Source of the DNA: Breznakia sp. PF5-3
GTDB lineage: Bacteria > Bacillota_I > Bacilli_A > Erysipelotrichales > Erysipelotrichaceae
NCBI RefSeq assembly: GCF_029504745.1
Contig: NZ_JAQFIQ010000010.1
Span: 1 to 32,000, forward strand
Direction of reading: 5' to 3'
DNA: 32,000 nt
Shown here: in pieces, positions 1 to 8,081 of the stretch
Layout: the number at the start of each line of letters is the position of its first letter
How positions within the stretch are numbered: the stretch's first letter is position 1
The notes under the pieces: model-generated
Told to the model about the DNA's origin: nothing
Databases searched by the model: none
Seen by the model: the letters and a program-made list of their open reading frames with translations, nothing else
Position numbers and translations under genes: made by a program

Positions 1-49
1 CACGATTCAATTCTAACAAAAATTATGAATAAATTTAAGAAAGAAAGGA

Positions 50-364
50 GTGTATATTAGAGACTTAGATAAGTCATTTCTAATATACCAGGAAATTAAG
101 TATTTATTGCAAAGATGTCCAAATGGAACTGAAGATATCATTTCGACTAGATCTAAAGCATTTAAAGAACTTAAGAAAAACATGGATGATTTATCAATTA
201 ATGATTTAGTTGATTTTATCCAAGAAAATCCTACTGTACTTAAAAGACCAATCATCATGGATAATCAAAGCTTTGTTGTTGGCTTCGACAATGACGAGAT
301 CACTGCTTTTGTTCCTAGTGAATTAAGAAATTCATTTGGAAGTGAATATTATGCTTTTCAATAA
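50..364 (+). CDS. ArsC/Spx/MgsR-family protein, C-terminal ~100 aa only; N-terminal part not in frame (possible frameshifted or truncated gene)
   Basis: The translation (..GTEDIISTRSKAFKEL..LKRPIIMD..VGFDNDEI..) matches the conserved core of Spx/ArsC-fold proteins from about residue 25 onward. The ORF opens with GTG at 50, directly abutting AAGGAG (44-49), which leaves no SD spacing. Frame 1 upstream (1-57, HDSILTKIMNKFKKERSVY*) looks like the preceding helix of the same fold. Confidence 0.6.
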   Translation: MYIRDLDKSFLIYQEIKYLLQRCPNGTEDIISTRSKAFKELKKNMDDLSINDLVDFIQENPTVLKRPIIMDNQSFVVGFDNDEITAFVPSELRNSFGSEYYAFQ

Positions 365-399
365 CAAAAAAAGAGTTCCTAATTAAAGGAACTTTTTTA
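365..399. terminator. Bidirectional rho-independent terminator between convergent genes
   Basis: The stem AGTTCCT (374-380) pairs with AGGAACT (387-393) around a 6-nt loop. It is flanked by an A-run (365-372) and a T-run (394-399). Confidence 0.7.
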
Positions 400-660
400 T
401 ATCATAAACATCCATAAATATATAAGTAATACAATCAATAATAGTGCAAAGAACAAACAGAATGCCATTCTAATTTTTCTGTTTTTTTGATAATAATTAT
501 AAGCATCGATAAATAGTGTTAAGGACAACAAAAAACTAGCAATGGTCATTGCTATATTATATTCAATCAATGTCGTAATTCTACTCAAAATCACAATTGC
601 GATTCCAGTAACATACATTCCTAATCTTATCTTTTGCTTATTGTCCATATTCCTATCCAT
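397..660 (-). CDS. Small hypothetical membrane protein (about 87 aa, 3 predicted TM helices)
   Basis: The ORF was trimmed to the ATG at 660 (MDRNMDNKQ..), which lies 7 nt after the SD AAAGGTGA. Three hydrophobic stretches are present. I recognise no family. Confidence 0.45.
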   Translation of the reverse strand: MDRNMDNKQKIRLGMYVTGIAIVILSRITTLIEYNIAMTIASFLLSLTLFIDAYNYYQKNRKIRMAFCLFFALLLIVLLIYLWMFMI

Positions 661-698
661 AAATTTATCACCTTTGCATTTCTTCTTATGACTACTAT

Positions 699-727
699 AT
701 AATAGCATACTTTATTTTTATTTTAAA
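699..727 (-). promoter_or_regulatory. Candidate sigma-A promoter for the small membrane protein gene
   Basis: On the minus strand: TTTAAA (727-722), a 17-nt spacer, then an extended -10 TGcTATTAT (707-699). Confidence 0.4.
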
Positions 728-849
728 CCATTCTTATCGTGTACATAGATTATAATTATTAACTCTTGTATTTTAACTATATTCTCATTTCAAAGTCTTT
801 AAAACAGCAATCTAAAAAGCAGCTTATTGTTTCCAACAAGTTACTTCTT

Positions 850-2166
850 TTATCCTTCTTCACTTTCTTTTTCAAACTTCTCTACTTTAACTTTTTCAAT
901 TACTTTTTCATCAACTTTTAAAATTTCAAATTGATAATCTCCATATAAAATTTTATCATGATCATTTTCATTTGGTAATCTTCCAAGTTGAGCAATCATA
1001 AAACCATTTAAAGTATCATATTCATCTACTGGCATTTCAATGCCCAATAACTTTTCTACCTCATCTAATTCAATAGAACCATCCATAATATATTTATCAT
1101 CACTGATTTTTTGATATTCAACTGGCACAATATCATATTCATCAAATACTTCGCCAACGATTTCTTCAATCAAATCTTCCATTGTAACTATTCCAGCTGT
1201 ACCACCATACTCATCAATAACGATGGCAATATGTGTCTTTTTAACCTTTAACTCATAAAACAATTTATCGATTGGTTTTGAATCTGGTACAAAAACGGGT
1301 TTACGCATAATCTTTTTCAAAGAAAAATCCTTCACATCTTTCATCTTCGAAATAAAACGTAATACATCTTTTGCATTTAAAATTCCAACTACATTATCCA
1401 ATGTATTTTCATAGATAGGAATCCTTGTATACTGTGCACTTTTAAAGTACTTCATAACTTCATCATAACTACAATCAATATCAAGGGCTTCTACATCAAC
1501 TCGATGTGTCATAACATCTTCAACCGTTGTATCATTGAATTCAAAAATATTATCAATCATTTCTTTTTCCGTATTTGCAATTTCACCCTCTTCACTACTA
1601 GTAGCAACCATTAAGCGAATTTCTTCTTCGGTTACTTGATTTTCATTTTTATTTGGATCAATCCCTACCAAACGTAATACAATGTTTGTCATAAAAGACA
1701 AGATGTGTACTAATGGTAGTACAAACCTATATAGTAAATAAAGTGGATATGCTACAGCAAAAGAGAATTTTTCTGGATTATTCATCGCTATTCGCTTTGG
1801 TACTAATTCTCCAAAAATCAAAGTTACAATCGTTAATAGCAAGGTGATGATAATCATCGCAATCGAGCGTAAAGAACCTACATTAATTGTAAGCCCTAAA
1901 TTCAACATTAACTCTACTAGATTATCTGCGAATACATCGGATGCCAAAGCACTATTTAAAAACCCAGATAATGTAACACCAATCTGAATCATAGATAACA
2001 ACCTTGTCGGTATTTCAATCAATTTATAAACGATATTCGCTTTTTTATCGCCTTCATCTCGCATTGATCTTATCTTGTTTTTATTAAGCGAAATCAGTGC
2101 GATTTCACTTCCTGCAAAAAAAGCGTTTACTAAAACTAAAATGATGAGGATTATTATATTAATCAT
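850..2166 (-). CDS. CNNM/DUF21 + CBS pair + CorC_HlyC transporter (HlyC/CorC family, putative Mg2+/Co2+ efflux type)
   Basis: The N-terminal part has 4 TM helices of the DUF21 type. It is followed by a tandem CBS region (..VEDVMTHRVDV.. ..IAIVIDEYGGTAGIVTMEDLIEEIVGE..) and a C-terminal CorC_HlyC-like domain. The start was moved to the ATG at 2166 (MINIIIL..), preceded by the SD GGAAAGGGGGA. Confidence 0.9.
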   Translation of the reverse strand: MINIIILIILVLVNAFFAGSEIALISLNKNKIRSMRDEGDKKANIVYKLIEIPTRLLSMIQIGVTLSGFLNSALASDVFADNLVELMLNLGLTINVGSLRSIAMIIITLLLTIVTLIFGELVPKRIAMNNPEKFSFAVAYPLYLLYRFVLPLVHILSFMTNIVLRLVGIDPNKNENQVTEEEIRLMVATSSEEGEIANTEKEMIDNIFEFNDTTVEDVMTHRVDVEALDIDCSYDEVMKYFKSAQYTRIPIYENTLDNVVGILNAKDVLRFISKMKDVKDFSLKKIMRKPVFVPDSKPIDKLFYELKVKKTHIAIVIDEYGGTAGIVTMEDLIEEIVGEVFDEYDIVPVEYQKISDDKYIMDGSIELDEVEKLLGIEMPVDEYDTLNGFMIAQLGRLPNENDHDKILYGDYQFEILKVDEKVIEKVKVEKFEKESEEG

Positions 2167-2261
2167 ATGATAGTCCCCCTTTCCCATTTATAACTTCTAA
2201 GCAACTGCTCGAATCTGTTTCTTCCACTGTTAAAGTCTCCTTTATATATGTATATATTAAA

Positions 2262-2290
2262 ATAGTATAAGTTTTCTATTTCGCTGTCAA
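2262..2290 (-). promoter_or_regulatory. Candidate sigma-A promoter of the CNNM gene
   Basis: On the minus strand: TTGACA (2290-2285), a 17-nt spacer, then TACTAT (2267-2262). An alternative reading is TATACT with a 15-nt spacer. Confidence 0.4.
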
Positions 2291-2331
2291 GATTGTGAAA
2301 CGTATGAATTATCTATTTAACCATTTCTTAA

Positions 2332-2354
2332 CAAAAAAAGTGGATTACCCACTT
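2332..2354 (-). terminator. Rho-independent terminator of nudC (overlaps its stop codon)
   Basis: The minus-strand RNA reads AAGUGG-GUAAU-CCACUU followed by U7 (complement of the A-run at 2332-2339). Confidence 0.55.
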
Positions 2355-3186
2355 ATTTTCTCTCATCTTTAAATGCTTGAATCATCTCTCCAGTTAAACT
2401 CATCCGTGAATAATCATCTTCTATATCTTCGCGATGTACCCACTCACCAACGGCCAATTCTTCTTCATCCAAGGTAATTGTATCATCGCCATCTAAATCA
2501 GCATAAAAGCCCATTAGTAGTGTATCTGTTAATCCCCATGGTTGACTCTTATAATATTTAAGATTTTTTATTTTTAAACCCACTTCTTCCATTACTTCAC
2601 GAGCTACTGTTTCTTCAATTGTTTCCCCAATCTCGGCAAACCCTGCAACTAGTGCATACTTCGTATGACTTCTATCACGATATTTTGTAAGTAATAATTT
2701 ATCATTATTTCTTATACCTACTATCACAGCTGGTGCAAGTTTAGGATATTCCATATTATCACATTTCTCACAATATAACATTCGCTCTTTATCCGAGTGT
2801 TTAAACACATGTCCACAACGTCCACAATAACGGTGGCGATCATACCAGTTGTACAATTGAAAAGCCGTCACCGCTGCAAATCCTTTATGTGGTTTACTTG
2901 AAGAAATAAAGGTTTGAATATCTACCATTTGATATCCAGGAATTTTTTGATAATGAATATCATAGGCTAAAAAATAATGCTTTTCATCTACTGAAAAAAG
3001 ATAAATATCATGATTATATAAATGATTATTAGTGCTTTCTAAATCCTTAAATCTTGGAAGTCTTAATACAGGGCCTTCTAAACATAAAATCTTACGCCCT
3101 TCAAAATACACCAAATAACTTTCTGGTGTAGCATCCATATGTTTATATTGATTTTGAAGTGCTCTAGGCTTAATATCTTGAATCAT
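2353..3186 (-). CDS. nudC: NAD(+) diphosphatase / NADH pyrophosphatase (Nudix hydrolase with zinc ribbon)
   Basis: A zinc ribbon (CGRCGHVFKHSDKERMLYCEKC) is followed by the Nudix box GFAEIGETIEETVAREVMEEVGL. The length and domain order are typical of NudC. Confidence 0.85.
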   Translation of the reverse strand: MIQDIKPRALQNQYKHMDATPESYLVYFEGRKILCLEGPVLRLPRFKDLESTNNHLYNHDIYLFSVDEKHYFLAYDIHYQKIPGYQMVDIQTFISSSKPHKGFAAVTAFQLYNWYDRHRYCGRCGHVFKHSDKERMLYCEKCDNMEYPKLAPAVIVGIRNNDKLLLTKYRDRSHTKYALVAGFAEIGETIEETVAREVMEEVGLKIKNLKYYKSQPWGLTDTLLMGFYADLDGDDTITLDEEELAVGEWVHREDIEDDYSRMSLTGEMIQAFKDERK

Positions 3187-3211
3187 ATACTATCCATCCT
3201 AACTATTTCAT

Positions 3212-3240
3212 ATTATAATCTGTTTTCACTTTTGTTGCAA
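3212..3240 (-). promoter_or_regulatory. nudC sigma-A promoter
   Basis: On the minus strand: TTGCAA (3240-3235), an exactly 17-nt spacer, then TATAAT (3217-3212). The ATG is about 26 nt downstream. Confidence 0.55.
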
Positions 3241-3363
3241 TTTCTCCCACTATTTTTTTATATGTAGAACGCATTCTATGATTATTTCGTCATAATTTAT
3301 GAATCGGAAAGTTTTAATATTCCGATAAGAAAATTTCATAAAGGATAACTAAGGAGGATTATT

Positions 3364-4479
3364 ATGAAAAAAAGAATGCTAATATTTGCAGTTGTAGCAA
3401 CTATATGTGGACTTTCTGTCTTTTCAAATACAGTAAAAGCAGAAAGTGAACAACGCACACCACGATTTACATCTAGTTTTACAATTACAGACTACGATGG
3501 ATATTTTGTAACTGACACATATAAAGGAACTGATACTCACGCCTATGATCTTGTTTCAAAATTTACAATTGACTATTCGAATACTAATTATCATGAAAAA
3601 TTAACATATACAATTTATAAGTCTGACCCTAGTGGAATAATGGCTGATCCAACTCCTATTGTTGGAGAAACAGAGATGAATTATAATTCCACTTTAACGC
3701 TTCCAGACATTGATGATGGCCAATATCTAATTGTTTTAAAAACCTATAACCCTCTAGGTATTTCTGATTCTGGTACGCTTTTTGTAAATCTTACAAATGT
3801 TGAAGCAACGGTTGATATCAACCGTAAAAACAACCCAACTGAAGCAAGTGTAGGGTCAGATAACACGGAAGCTACAAACAGTTGGGAAATCAAAGACAAA
3901 GATGGTAATATCGTTGGAAGTGGAAACGATACTGATGATCCGATGGATGTTATTAAAACCTTACCAGAAGGTTCTTATACATTAGAAAACACAGCAACTA
4001 TAACGACTATTTTAGGAAATGATGTAACGGATACAGCGAGTGAACCATTTGTGATTCGTCACCCAGAAGCATCTGTAAATATTGATAAAAAAGAAAATCC
4101 TTCTGAAATCACAGGAGGAAAAAAATTAGATGATTCTGATTTACTTTGGGAAATCAAAGACAAAGACGGTAATACAGTTGAAAAGGGTATGGGAGATCGT
4201 GTTCCAAATGATGTAATCAATAACTTGCCAGAAGGTGAATACACTGTTATTTTCACTGAAGTAAGTCAAGAAGATGAAACAGATGTTGCAAGTGATACAT
4301 TCATTATTAAAAAACCTAATAATTTTAATTCAGGAGAAACGCCTACACAAAAACCTTCCACTACCCCAAAAGGAGAAACAAGAACACCAGCAACGAATGA
4401 TGCTACAAACATTCAATTGCTATTCTTGTTAGCTGGTAGTAGTTTCGCTGTAATGGTGAGAAAAGCAATAAAAAACTAA
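3364..4479 (+). CDS. Secreted, probably cell-wall-anchored surface protein with two tandem SpaA/Cna-B-like (prealbumin-fold) repeats
   Basis: A strong SD (AAGGAGGA) precedes the ATG. The signal peptide is MKKRMLIFAVVATICGLSVFSNTVKA/E. Two repeats of about 85 aa each carry W-EIKDKDGN..LPEG-YT. A Thr/Pro-rich linker leads to a C-terminal hydrophobic segment and basic tail (TPATNDATNIQLLFLLAGSSFAVMVRKAIKN). Confidence 0.8.
   Translation: MKKRMLIFAVVATICGLSVFSNTVKAESEQRTPRFTSSFTITDYDGYFVTDTYKGTDTHAYDLVSKFTIDYSNTNYHEKLTYTIYKSDPSGIMADPTPIVGETEMNYNSTLTLPDIDDGQYLIVLKTYNPLGISDSGTLFVNLTNVEATVDINRKNNPTEASVGSDNTEATNSWEIKDKDGNIVGSGNDTDDPMDVIKTLPEGSYTLENTATITTILGNDVTDTASEPFVIRHPEASVNIDKKENPSEITGGKKLDDSDLLWEIKDKDGNTVEKGMGDRVPNDVINNLPEGEYTVIFTEVSQEDETDVASDTFIIKKPNNFNSGETPTQKPSTTPKGETRTPATNDATNIQLLFLLAGSSFAVMVRKAIKN
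3802..4317 (+). repeat. Two tandem intragenic repeats of about 85 codons (aa 147-234 and 235-318)
   Basis: EATVDINRKNNPTE...WEIKDKDGNIV...LPEGSYTL...FVIRHP aligns with EASVNIDKKENPSE...WEIKDKDGNTV...LPEGEYTV...FIIKKP. A 28-nt core (3883-3910 and 4147-4174) is identical except for one base. Confidence 0.7.
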
Positions 4480-4513
4480 GTAAAAATAAAATATGCAAAT
4501 CGTGGTACAAATG

Positions 4514-4547
4514 AAAAAGTGGTGAGAATTATTCTCGCCACTTTTTA
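4514..4547. terminator. Bidirectional rho-independent terminator
   Basis: AAAAAGTGGTGAGAA (4514-4528) pairs with TTCTCGCCACTTTTT (4532-4546), with one G-U pair. A-rich and T-rich runs flank it, and it lies between convergent genes. Confidence 0.7.
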
Positions 4548-4567
4548 TATAGAAAATCTATGATTTT

Positions 4568-5365
4568 CTATAATGCTAGTAATTTATCTATTTGTTCCAA
4601 GACACCTGATTCATTGTTGGTCTTGATTACCTGTTTTGCCACCTTCTTTATTCTTGGATGGGCATTCCCCATTGCATAACTATATTGTGCATGTTTCAAC
4701 ATCTCATAATCATTTCCGCTATCTCCAAAGGCCGCAACTTCATCATCTTTAATCCCCCAGTGTTCTTGTAAGCGTTTAATCCCATTTGCTTTATGAACTC
4801 CTGGAATGATAAAATCAACCCCATCATGCCCAGTTGATACAGGAATCATAATCCCTTCTAATACTTGGTTTAGATGTTGAATAACTTCATCTAAATCTTT
4901 ATTTTTAAAATCTGTACAAAATTTAAAAATTGTATCTTCTACTGCATGCAAATCATCTACTTTTTTAAGCTTATAGTAATATAACTTCGTTAATTCATAA
5001 GCTGCATCGCTAATGTCTCTATGCACATATGCACTATTAGATCCACACATTACATATTCTTTAGGATTGATATTTTCTAAAACATGCAATACCTTTTCGA
5101 CTTTATCTTTTGATAATTCAGCACAATACAATTCTTTATTACAATCAACAATTTTAGCTCCATTTTCTGAAACAAAAGCTATTTCATCACGAATTTCAGG
5201 AAAAAAGGAAATGAGTTGATAGTATTGATTTCCACTTGCAACTACAAATTTTATTCCTTTTTCTTTCATTATCGAAAATTGATTTAAAAAGCGTTCTTTA
5301 TCATATTTCATATGATCATTTAAAAATGTTCCATCCATATCTACAGCAATTAACTTTACACTCAT
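4568..5365 (-). CDS. Cof-type HAD-IIB family hydrolase (sugar-phosphate phosphatase type)
   Basis: The N-terminus LIAVDMDGTFLN carries the HAD motif I. ..VVASGNQ.. and ..FGDSGNDYEML.. (motif IV) are also present. The SD GGAGGA lies 8 nt upstream of the ATG. Confidence 0.85.
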   Translation of the reverse strand: MSVKLIAVDMDGTFLNDHMKYDKERFLNQFSIMKEKGIKFVVASGNQYYQLISFFPEIRDEIAFVSENGAKIVDCNKELYCAELSKDKVEKVLHVLENINPKEYVMCGSNSAYVHRDISDAAYELTKLYYYKLKKVDDLHAVEDTIFKFCTDFKNKDLDEVIQHLNQVLEGIMIPVSTGHDGVDFIIPGVHKANGIKRLQEHWGIKDDEVAAFGDSGNDYEMLKHAQYSYAMGNAHPRIKKVAKQVIKTNNESGVLEQIDKLLAL

Positions 5366-5380
5366 ATATATAATCCTCCA

Positions 5381-6223
5381 TCACTTTAGTTTATTCGCAA
5401 TATATTTACTCGTTTTCTCATCATAATCAGGATAATCAAACATCATTTCTTTACCAACTCTTTTTGAAGTTTCACGGAATAGTTCCATCAATAATAGTAA
5501 AGCTCTTTCACAATGTTCGATATCACGTATATCATAACACGCTTTTACTCGTTCATATATTTCAGGCTCTAAATATCTTTGTAAATATTTATACATATTC
5601 CCTACATTTATCTCAAACTCATAGTCTATTCCAACATTCCAACTCAGCATCAGCAATAGTTGTTCTTGTAGAATCCATTGAATATGTTTGCTTGCATAGA
5701 AAAATTCATTTCGTTTAATTCCTTTTACCACATATGTAGTAATCCACCAAAATTCATTACAACATTCAATATATTGTATTTCTGTAGGCTTTTTAACCTG
5801 ATATTTATCATCCGAAGAAATTGGTATTTCCTTAATTTGATTATCTTTATCTAATAGGATTTCTATTAGTGGATCAAAAGCTAAATACTTTTGTAAATCT
5901 GATATTGGTACTAATAGCAAGTCAATTCGATTTCCATCCTCAAATAGCATCAAATATGTAAACCAACCGGGAAAACTTTTCGGAAATGATTGCATAGCTT
6001 CTGGTGTTTGCATGATAATTCGCTTTCCAAATACATCAATCCAACTTTGATCATCAATAAAAGCATTTATATTATCTACCAAATACACAATATCATAATC
6101 TTGAAATTCATCTTTAACAGCTTTTTTATTCACCCTTGATCCATTCATCGCAACGATACGAATACGACTATCTTTCTTTGCAACGTCAAGAATCAACCGA
6201 TACATTTCACTTTCATTTCTCAT
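5381..6223 (-). CDS. ant(6): Aminoglycoside 6-nucleotidyltransferase family protein (ANT(6)/AadK-like, streptomycin adenylyltransferase family)
   Basis: It is co-linear with blocks I recall from ANT(6)-Ia/AadK: MR.E.EM..L.L..A..D.RIRIV..NGSR.N, KDEFQDYDI.Y.V, YLMLF.D.N.IDL.L.P, CCNEFWW. The length of 280 aa fits the family. Confidence 0.8.
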   Translation of the reverse strand: MRNESEMYRLILDVAKKDSRIRIVAMNGSRVNKKAVKDEFQDYDIVYLVDNINAFIDDQSWIDVFGKRIIMQTPEAMQSFPKSFPGWFTYLMLFEDGNRIDLLLVPISDLQKYLAFDPLIEILLDKDNQIKEIPISSDDKYQVKKPTEIQYIECCNEFWWITTYVVKGIKRNEFFYASKHIQWILQEQLLLMLSWNVGIDYEFEINVGNMYKYLQRYLEPEIYERVKACYDIRDIEHCERALLLLMELFRETSKRVGKEMMFDYPDYDEKTSKYIANKLK

Positions 6224-6249
6224 AAGAAAAGAACATGCTTATGCATGTC
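6224..6249 (-). terminator. Terminator-like hairpin between the adenine deaminase and ant(6) genes
   Basis: The minus-strand RNA reads GACAUGC-AUAA-GCAUGUU (6249-6232, one G-U pair), then CUUUUCUU (6231-6224). The ant(6) ATG at 6223 follows immediately. Confidence 0.35.
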
Positions 6250-6251
6250 TT

Positions 6252-8048
6252 TTACACCTCCAAATCAGTAAAGTTAAAAGTTGTACAATCTACCAATCCT
6301 TTATTTGTTAAACGAAGTTCTGGTAAACAAGCTAAATTAATCAATGCCATCGTCATATATGGAGATACATGAGGACAACCTATTTCCTTCCATGCTTCAT
6401 CCAAAGCAGCAACCATATCTGCCATTTCTTGTAATGGTTTATCATTCATAAGTCCTGCAATTGGTAACGGTACATGTGCCAACACTTTTCCATCAGCAAC
6501 AACAACCATTCCTCCACCACTTGCTACTAAAGTATTTGCTGCTAATGCCATATCTTCATCATTGGTACCAGCTACTAATAAATTATGTGCATCATGAGCA
6601 ACAGTTGATGCCACTGCTCCTTTTTTTATTTCAAACCCTTTCACAAAACCAAACCCTTTGGTTCCTGTGTTTTTATGTCTTTCAAACACAACCGTTTTCA
6701 TTACATCCTGTGATGGATCTGCTTGTATGTATCCATCTTTAACAGGCAATTCAATATGTCTTTCATAATTTCCTACTCTTGCTGGAATAATTTCCATAAC
6801 TCTAGTAAGAACATGCTCTGTTGTTTTATCTGTTTTAATCTTAAACGAATCCGCTGTTATATTTTCTTTAATGTGCATTGTATTCATAGCGGCTTTCGGG
6901 AACGTATATTTTGGCATATCAATTACCATCTCACCATTTTCTGCAACTAAATGTCCATCAATGATAACTTTGGTAATATTTAATTTTTCTAAATCATCAA
7001 TAAAGACTATATCAGCACATTTTCCAGGGGCAATTGACCCAAGATCATGATCCATTTGAAAACACTGTGCACAGTTGATAGTAACCATTTGAATCGCACT
7101 CAATACATCAATTCCCTCTTCCACAGCACGTTTTACAATATGATCCAAATGCCCATCACGAACCAATGTATCTGGATGTGTATCATCTGAAATAAGTACA
7201 GCAAACCTAGTATCAATGTTATTTTCTGTTACACTTTTGGCAACCTCTTTTAAATCATGCCATGCACTTCCTTCACGGAACATTGCATACATACCTAAAC
7301 GCATTTTTTCCAAAGCATCTTCTTTACGTGTCGATTCATGACAACAGCGAACCCCTGATGCAATATAAGAATGCAATCCATTTCCTGTATCTGGTAAAGA
7401 ATAATGACCTGTCACAATTTTATTTGCTTTTAAAGTTTCAGCCACTACACCATGTGCGTGATCTGTACTATTAAGAATCCCAGGAAAATTCATCATTTCC
7501 CCTAAACCTACAACATCATCCCATTTCATGCTCTCTGCTATTTCTTCAGGACCAATAAAAGCTCCTGTATCTTCAAAACCTGGTACAGCAGGAACACATG
7601 ATGGCATCGTCACCATGTTTTTTAATGGTGTGCTTTTACCACTATCAATCATATAACGAACCCCATCCATGCCTAATACATTACATATTTCATGTGGATC
7701 CATATAAATCCCTATCGTTCCATGAGGAACTACTGCTTTAGCATATTCTGGCACACTAAGCATAGACGATTCCACATGAATATGTCCATCTAGAAACCCA
7801 GGTGCAATATAGCTTCCTTGTGCATCGATTACAGTTGTTTTGTCACCAATACAATGCTTCGCATCCTTAACAAGGGCAATCCTTCCACAAGCAATTGCAA
7901 CATCCGTATTAGGAATGATTTCTTTCGTACATACATTAATTAAATTAGCATTTGTAATCACCATATCAGCAACTTCATTTCCTAGTGCAACTGCCGACAA
8001 AGTCTTGGATACTTCCCATAATGGTTGATCCTTAAATTGATTAAACAT
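6252..8048 (-). CDS. ade: Adenine deaminase (amidohydrolase superfamily)
   Basis: ..APGFLDGHIHVESSML.. plus the overall length and layout are typical of AdeC-type adenine deaminases. The start was moved to the ATG at 8048 (MFNQFKD..), preceded by the SD GAGAGGAGAA. The longer ORF-track start would cover the predicted promoter. Confidence 0.85.
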   Translation of the reverse strand: MFNQFKDQPLWEVSKTLSAVALGNEVADMVITNANLINVCTKEIIPNTDVAIACGRIALVKDAKHCIGDKTTVIDAQGSYIAPGFLDGHIHVESSMLSVPEYAKAVVPHGTIGIYMDPHEICNVLGMDGVRYMIDSGKSTPLKNMVTMPSCVPAVPGFEDTGAFIGPEEIAESMKWDDVVGLGEMMNFPGILNSTDHAHGVVAETLKANKIVTGHYSLPDTGNGLHSYIASGVRCCHESTRKEDALEKMRLGMYAMFREGSAWHDLKEVAKSVTENNIDTRFAVLISDDTHPDTLVRDGHLDHIVKRAVEEGIDVLSAIQMVTINCAQCFQMDHDLGSIAPGKCADIVFIDDLEKLNITKVIIDGHLVAENGEMVIDMPKYTFPKAAMNTMHIKENITADSFKIKTDKTTEHVLTRVMEIIPARVGNYERHIELPVKDGYIQADPSQDVMKTVVFERHKNTGTKGFGFVKGFEIKKGAVASTVAHDAHNLLVAGTNDEDMALAANTLVASGGGMVVVADGKVLAHVPLPIAGLMNDKPLQEMADMVAALDEAWKEIGCPHVSPYMTMALINLACLPELRLTNKGLVDCTTFNFTDLEV

Positions 8049-8081
8049 AGGTTCTCCTCTCAAATTGAATTTTATACTAAC

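Noticed and set aside
2167-2262. Possible M-box (Mg2+) riboswitch in front of the CNNM/CorC transporter.
   Set aside because: The leader is only about 95 nt, which is too short for an M-box of roughly 160 nt. It also lacks any recognisable multi-helix conserved core.
2294-2307. cre-like (CcpA) sequence TGTGAAACGTATGA near the CNNM promoter.
   Set aside because: It does not fit the TGWAANCGNTNWCA register: the central CG is displaced by one position and the 3' half does not match.
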